DNA from: Bacilli bacterium
Lineage (GTDB): Bacteria; Bacillota_I; Bacilli_A; RFN20; CAG-826
Length of the DNA: 64,000 nt
Reading direction: 5' to 3'
Assembly: GCA_024408335.1 (NCBI GenBank)
Contig: JAKSVB010000008.1
Location: forward strand, 12,967-76,966
Below are positions 59,401 through 64,000 of this stretch, piece after piece (the stretch's first letter is position 1; each line of letters starts with the position of its first letter). The translations under genes were made by a program, and so were the position numbers. The notes below the pieces were generated by a model, which worked only from the letters and a program-made list of their open reading frames with translations, did no database searches and had not been told where the DNA came from.

Positions 59401-62266
59401 CGAATTCCGAATCAAGGAAGAAGTCGCTCCAGCAAGGAACGCCTGCTCTAAGGTCTTCGATGATTTTCACATAATGCTTAACGTTGTTATATGTTTCGAA
59501 CAAAAGGCCTTGTTTATGGAAGGCGTTATAAGAAGCTAATTCGCATTCCTTGATTAACGGCAAGAAGCTTTCTAATTCTTCGAAGATCTTCTCACGGTAA
59601 ACGAGGTTATAGTCTCTTTTTTGGAAGGCGATGAATGGAGAGCGAACAAATGAGCCAAAAGAAGCCGAATAATCGACATAAGCTTGAATTGCCTGAAGCT
59701 CTTGGATGTATTTTTGGACGCTTAGGGAGTCGATGAATTTCTTGGTTATCTCACTCTTAGTGTGATATTTCTCAAGTTCGAGGTAGCCAACTATTGCGTC
59801 ATAAGGCGAGACGAAATAGGAGCCATTCTCATGGAGGGAATTCATGATGCTATTGAGCTCTGCTCTCTTATCGAGAATGGATTTTCCAAGCTCGGCGTAG
59901 TTCTCACTATTTTCTAGAGGCCCCATATTCAAGAGTTCTGTATATCCTGAAAGGATATCGCTCTTATTCTTGCTTAATGAAGCGATCTCCAAACAGAATT
60001 GACCAAGATGAAGATCATCAAGTCTCTTTTTGACGACATCGAGAGCGACTTCTTTTTCGGCGACGAACAAAACCTTTTTGCCATGATATAAGAAGTTCGT
60101 GATCATGTTTGCGATGGTTTGGCTCTTGCCAGTTCCTGGAGGGCCATCGAGAATGAACGATTCGCCTTTTTCAGCATCCACTATCGCCTTGATTTGCGAA
60201 GAGTCAGCTGGAAGAGCGATGGCTAAATCCTTTGGCTTGATATGGTTATCCATTTCAAGAGGATCAATAAGGTTTTCCTTGTCGTTCCACTTCTTCTCGC
60301 CATAGACGAAAGAAGCGACGAGTTTGTTGTTCATCACGGTATTGCGGTGGTTTCTAAGATCACTCCACATGACAAAGTGAGAGAAGTTGAAAAGAGAAAG
60401 GACGCTGCGGTTTTCGAATAGCAGCCAGTTCTTCATCGGGGCAATGATGTTTCTGATTTCGTTATAGATAAGACGGATATCAATTTGGCCGTTATTTAAA
60501 CGAGGGAGAGGATATAGGCGTGAGAAGTCCAAAGAATAGTTTTGTTTGAGGTATTGGAAGAAGGTGTTATTGAGTCCAATTTCATCGAAATCGTATTCGA
60601 TGGTGTAGAAGAGTCCACTCTTGCGGCGAGGCATCTTAACCTTCAAAAGGAAGATTGGGGCATACATCGCTCCGGTACCACGTTCAGCGGCTTTTTCATT
60701 ATCGAACCACCTGATTTCGCCTAGCGTCATAAAAAGAGGGTTACAACCGCTTTCTTCGATAGCGGTGTTGCTCTTTCTAGCTAATAATTTGAGCGATTCT
60801 TCAACATCATCGTTTCTAGTGACGGCGATAAGGGAATCCTTGGAATAGCCTTCTTTGATTGAAGGTCCGTGGATTTTTTCATCGAAGCTAAGAACGTCTT
60901 TCTTTGCTTCATCGGAAAGCTTGAGTTTGGTTGGTATTACATTGACCTTTTCCTTTTTGCTTAAGAAGGAAATGAGATCAGTTGGATTAACGGTTTCGAA
61001 TTCGATTCCGCGAAGGCCGCCTTTGTAATTGACGAGGCGGTTTCTTAAATTGAGGTCAAGAAGCTTGTCTTGCCAGTAGTCATAACGGTTCTTTTCGCCT
61101 TTATGATCTTCTGGAAGGAAACGTCTAGAAGAAAGATCGACGGTAGGGACCACGTATCTAGATGACTCGATGGTTGGGAAGTCAAAGGAGACTTCTCCAT
61201 CTTCGTTAATTTTTGCAGTTGGGACAGGAAGAATCCATTCCTGACGGCACTTCTTGATATCTAAAGCGAAATAGAAATGGCTAGCTTTCTCAAGGAATTC
61301 TTTAGCGCCTTTAACGCTGTCGGCAAAATTGATTTGGTTGCCCTCTGCTCCTGTTACGATGTTAACGAGAACGAGATGGTTGAAGCCTTCTGCAGCGTTA
61401 TTGATGAGAGTTTGCATATTCTCTTCTTTGCTATTAGCAAAAGACATTTCTTCAAGCCAAACACCAACAAGGGCGTGAGATTCAGCGCAAATAAGAATTG
61501 GTCTAAGTCCTACTGATTCGATCATCGAAGCAAAGAGGAGAGACATATCTAAGCAGTTTCCCACCCTCTTTGTTGCGACTTCATGAGGGAGTCTTACACG
61601 TTGGAAGATTTTTCTAAATGAGGCTGGGGTTGTGCTGTATCTGATGTTTGCAGATTGGAATGCAAGGTATAAAGCGTCAAGGTCCTCGATTACCCCATTA
61701 GGGTCACGGGTTTGATATTCATCGAAAGCACTGCTTCCGTATTTTTCGCTTTTGATCTTCGCGGCTTTTTCAACGAGTTCCTTAACGTATGGATCATTAG
61801 GCGTAACAAATGAAGCGAGGATTTCTTCAATCCATTCGCTTGATGCGCTTTCTTCGATTGGAAGGAATGAGAGATTCACGGTTGAGACGGCTAAAACCTC
61901 TCCTTCGCTTGAATACACTGTAGCGGTTAAAGATCCAGGAAGAGCTTCATTTAGGCCATAAAGTCTTTCTACGTCGAGAATGACTTGGAAAGAATCGACG
62001 ATGGTCGTTTTGTTCTTTTCAAGGCATGTGATATGAGTTGAGGAAATCTCAAAGAATTCAGGTGAGGAGCTATATTTGACAATGACATCACGGATATCTT
62101 TGTCGGTTTTGTTCGTAATGGAGACGTTACGCAAAAAGGAGAAGGAATTCTGTTTCCCTCCAAAGGCCTCTTTCAAAAGGGATTCGGCCTGATAATTAAC
62201 ATAATTGACGCTTTTTGAAGCGGATATGTCTAAAGAGACACCTAAATTTTCTAACTCAATACTCAT
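56426..62266 (-). CDS. DUF4011 / SF1 (Upf1/DNA2-like) helicase / Vsr-like nuclease / DUF3320 protein (Hhe-like)
   Basis: WQDKLLDLNLRNRL, GPPGTGKSQT, FDEASQ, GDEQQMPP, WHYRS, VQGDERD, RLNVAVSRAR, RDR..VLSRLGW. Confidence 0.88.
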   Translation of the reverse strand: MSIELENLGVSLDISASKSVNYVNYQAESLLKEAFGGKQNSFSFLRNVSITNKTDKDIRDVIVKYSSSPEFFEISSTHITCLEKNKTTIVDSFQVILDVERLYGLNEALPGSLTATVYSSEGEVLAVSTVNLSFLPIEESASSEWIEEILASFVTPNDPYVKELVEKAAKIKSEKYGSSAFDEYQTRDPNGVIEDLDALYLAFQSANIRYSTTPASFRKIFQRVRLPHEVATKRVGNCLDMSLLFASMIESVGLRPILICAESHALVGVWLEEMSFANSKEENMQTLINNAAEGFNHLVLVNIVTGAEGNQINFADSVKGAKEFLEKASHFYFALDIKKCRQEWILPVPTAKINEDGEVSFDFPTIESSRYVVPTVDLSSRRFLPEDHKGEKNRYDYWQDKLLDLNLRNRLVNYKGGLRGIEFETVNPTDLISFLSKKEKVNVIPTKLKLSDEAKKDVLSFDEKIHGPSIKEGYSKDSLIAVTRNDDVEESLKLLARKSNTAIEESGCNPLFMTLGEIRWFDNEKAAERGTGAMYAPIFLLKVKMPRRKSGLFYTIEYDFDEIGLNNTFFQYLKQNYSLDFSRLYPLPRLNNGQIDIRLIYNEIRNIIAPMKNWLLFENRSVLSLFNFSHFVMWSDLRNHRNTVMNNKLVASFVYGEKKWNDKENLIDPLEMDNHIKPKDLAIALPADSSQIKAIVDAEKGESFILDGPPGTGKSQTIANMITNFLYHGKKVLFVAEKEVALDVVKKRLDDLHLGQFCLEIASLSKNKSDILSGYTELLNMGPLENSENYAELGKSILDKRAELNSIMNSLHENGSYFVSPYDAIVGYLELEKYHTKSEITKKFIDSLSVQKYIQELQAIQAYVDYSASFGSFVRSPFIAFQKRDYNLVYREKIFEELESFLPLIKECELASYNAFHKQGLLFETYNNVKHYVKIIEDLRAGVPCWSDFFLDSEFVSHEEELRSLSLLKTKLAKERDEVLAAFSTDVLTRLDPISLSNEYDEIMKLPFFKKLFAFSKFKKKFKPFTKNKDLVKNDGVKKYIDILKEIKFDQEKIKGCDDYSRYILGTYDFSTLAESDSRLSEFETTIDIAKNMQQMEFVSGNGEAFAEYIKAVGRGAIFSEFNNKLKSFVELFEKKVEDLKYQYEFDVALYGDTHDYFKYLHGKVSDAIGSAGRLSEWCNLLSYHDRMKKYLPKDFYANYMDGKISEADLINSFKADLYYAFLGYVLPEKGLSSLSKASTEELSKNYVSEVSRLQELAVNVVAAKITEKYPSNASSFASSTSAYKLTKLAKNGGRGASLRYIFDEFKDLILTLTPCFMMSPVAVAQYLSMDKYHFDVVIFDEASQIPTSEAVGAMARADSVIIAGDEQQMPPTNFFTSSLTLGGEELTSLSSVDEDLDSLLDDAISLSFPRERLEWHYRSRHESLIAFSNNRFYDNSLLTFPSPKEELESVSFKYVKGEYERGRGINKPEAVEVVKEVIKRLKNKELREHSIGVVTFNEAQQNIIEDMLEKELAKNPNLESMPGGEKIFVKNLENVQGDERDVVLFSVTYGPDKEKRISLNFGPLSQKKGERRLNVAVSRAREEMIVYSSIKPEEIMAERAKNMGASYLRDFLLFAQKGVDTLANRNLNEMGDEPLSIASFIKNDLEQIGFVVKENLGSSTFKIDLAIASKESPNDYVLGVIIDNKKNCSLTCRDRHINEPSVLSRLGWNIHRLYSVEYLDHKEEVIKSIVNSYNRSLAGEKFEEEKANPNNPLFVKKVVISNPNKRPYNKAKYDPRFGKDFFVESDIIGFFIETIGTEYPISSDLLEARFRESFGISRIGSNVRSKYLLALNNFGNVVTETCGGRSFLYPRGMTPNAHRYWRSTEEGDVRKIMDISFIEIGNCAADIVSEQGQMSLEDLCHEVNIALGYSVLKKTSHDYIKSAIMWNCSRRNGLFLDKGETVGIR

Positions 62267-62311
62267 GCCTAAATTATAGAAAGAAACCTTCCTTAAAGGA
62301 AGACAGAAACG

Positions 62312-62341
62312 AAAAAAAGCCTCCCTTTTTTAGGGAGGCTA
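62312..62341 (-). terminator. proS terminator
   Basis: Minus strand AGCCTCCCT-loop-AGGGAGGCT followed by a T-run. Confidence 0.8.
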
Positions 62342-62355
62342 AGTGTCGGTTTCGA

Positions 62356-63798
62356 TTAATATGCTCTAGCAAAATATGCAATTTGAATAGCTTTCTTGCC
62401 GCTAACGACGTCAACGATGTCGGTATCTTCTGGAAGCATTTTGTAAATGCATCTTGCGGTTCCGCCTTTAGTGAGTTCTTTGATTTTGAGCTCGGTTTCT
62501 GGGGTTCCATCATAAGCAAGAAGAGCGTAGCCACCAACGTTATCGAGAGCTGCATTGAGTTCGTCGATTGTCTTGACTTCGGTGATGTGTGCTTCAAGCA
62601 TCTTTTGGGCTTTTTGGTACATATCGTTATGTATTTCATCAAGAAGTGGAGCGACTGCTGCTTCGAGTTCTTCGATCTTCATGACTTTCTTTTCGCCAGT
62701 GACACGTTTGGTAAGGACGGCTTCACCGTTAGCGAGGTCTCTAGGACCGACTTCGATACGGAGTGGGACACCCTTCATTTCGTATTGGGCAAATTTCCAG
62801 CCTGGGGTTCTTGCTTCATTGTCATCGAGTTTGACTCTGATGCCTTGTTTCTTTAAGTTTGCTGCGATTTCTTTGCATGCATCAAGGACGCCTTCAGCTT
62901 GTTGTCTTACTGGAACGATGACGACTTGGGTTGGAGCGACTCTTGGAGGGAGGACTAAGCCATTGTCATCGCCGTGTACCATGATAAGAGCGCCGAGAAG
63001 TCTAGTTGAGACACCCCATGATGTTTGGTGTGGGATTTGGAGTTTGGTATCTCTGCCTTGGAATTGGATGCCATATGCTTCAGCAAATCCTTGACCGAGG
63101 TAGTGTGAGGTTCCGCTTTGGAGAGCCTTTCCATCTGGCATAAGAGCTTCGATGGTGTATGTTGCAACAGCGCCGGCAAATTTCTCTTGTTCACTCTTCT
63201 TTCCTTTTAAGAAAGGAATAGCGAGTAAGTCACGGCCTAAATCATCATAGATCTCAAGGGCCTTACGGACGTTTTCTCTTGCTTCTTCTTCTGTTTCGAA
63301 TAAGCAGTGTCCTTCTTGCCAGAGGAATTCTGAGCCACGGAGGAATGGACGGGTTGTCTTTTCCCAACGGACAACTGAACACCATTGGTTATAAGCGATT
63401 GGGAGATCACGGTATGATGAGACGATGTTCTTGTATAAGTCACTGAAGAGGATTTCGCTTGTTGGACGGATGACGAGTGGGTCTTCGAGGGTTTTAGCAC
63501 CGCCGATCGTGGCGATAAGAGCCTCTGGAGCAAAACCTTCAACGTGTTCTTTTTCCTTGTTGAACATGCTCATAGGGATGACAAGAGGGAGGTAGACGTT
63601 TTGAGCGCCGAGTTCTTCCTTGATTCTCTTGTTGAAGTAGTTTTGGATTTCTTCCCAGATTGCGTATGAATATGGGAGATAGTTAATGAAGCCTTTGACT
63701 GATGAGTAGTTCATAAGCTCTGCTTTACGAACGACATCGGTATACCATTGGGCAAAATCTTGGGATTGTGATGTGATTGCGTTGTTTTTGTTTTCCAT
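62356..63798 (-). CDS. proS: Proline--tRNA ligase, archaeal/eukaryal type
   Basis: HVEGFAPE, IRPTSE, VVRWE..TRPFLR.SEFLWQEGH, SWGVSTR, C-terminal ARAY. Confidence 0.97.
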   Translation of the reverse strand: MENKNNAITSQSQDFAQWYTDVVRKAELMNYSSVKGFINYLPYSYAIWEEIQNYFNKRIKEELGAQNVYLPLVIPMSMFNKEKEHVEGFAPEALIATIGGAKTLEDPLVIRPTSEILFSDLYKNIVSSYRDLPIAYNQWCSVVRWEKTTRPFLRGSEFLWQEGHCLFETEEEARENVRKALEIYDDLGRDLLAIPFLKGKKSEQEKFAGAVATYTIEALMPDGKALQSGTSHYLGQGFAEAYGIQFQGRDTKLQIPHQTSWGVSTRLLGALIMVHGDDNGLVLPPRVAPTQVVIVPVRQQAEGVLDACKEIAANLKKQGIRVKLDDNEARTPGWKFAQYEMKGVPLRIEVGPRDLANGEAVLTKRVTGEKKVMKIEELEAAVAPLLDEIHNDMYQKAQKMLEAHITEVKTIDELNAALDNVGGYALLAYDGTPETELKIKELTKGGTARCIYKMLPEDTDIVDVVSGKKAIQIAYFARAY

Positions 63799-63800
63799 GT

Positions 63801-64000
63801 TTATTTTCCTTTCCCGATTACAAATGTTGATTGCATATCTTTGATCTTGGTTTCGTTCTTCTTGTTGACGCCTTGGAGTTCTTGGCTAAACGGTGCAAAG
63901 ATATCGCTTGTGACATAGTCGAGGCCACTTCCTACGACAAGCTCGATCGCATTCCAGTTCTTAAGGTTGCTGGCAATGATTGGTCGCTTGTATTTTAGGA
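63801..64000 (-). CDS. 3' end of a CDS with a degenerate EAL-like C-terminus (partial)
   Basis: Manual translation ...IIASNLKNWNAIELVVGSGLDYVTSDIFAPF...GKGK*; aligns by eye with EAL VVAEGVE..GCDYxQGYxF.P. Confidence 0.55.
   Translation of the reverse strand, partial: LKYKRPIIASNLKNWNAIELVVGSGLDYVTSDIFAPFSQELQGVNKKNETKIKDMQSTFVIGKGK

Noticed and set aside
63799-63830. T-box leader for proS
   Set aside because: The upstream CDS ends 2 nt before the start codon; no room and no T-box motif

Overview
Chromosomal window from a low-GC Bacillota genome using code 11; gene content and the many lipoproteins suggest a reduced, gut/rumen-type Bacilli lineage (inference). Core genes: a complete F1Fo ATP synthase operon with a Na+-type c subunit, addAB-like helicase/nuclease, glpK, aminopeptidase P, YigZ, thioredoxin, a heterodimeric ABC exporter, archaeal/eukaryal-type proS and three tRNAs (Asp, Gly, Ser). 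The most interesting part is 1-11 kb. (i) A GEMM-I cyclic-dinucleotide riboswitch with A at the specificity position (candidate 3',3'-cGAMP sensor), wired as a transcriptional ON switch over an operon of SipW-type ('AWF') exported proteins. (ii) Two tandem ~2.4-kb cassettes bounded by three equal-length, sequence-varying 32-nt hairpins, carrying near-identical lipoprotein genes but reciprocally different payloads (ATP-grasp enzyme vs secreted cysteine peptidase), a promoter/signal-peptide swap, and a flanking YefM-YoeB toxin-antitoxin pair. Also notable: about seven apparently leaderless genes, a ~2230-aa membrane-anchored helical-repeat protein, a DUF4011 helicase-nuclease (Hhe-like), an orphan Vsr, a candidate cis-regulatory hairpin pair at 53.8 kb and a degenerate EAL domain at the right edge. 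No integrase, transposase, reverse transcriptase or CRISPR array was seen. All family calls come from motif recognition by eye, not database searches.
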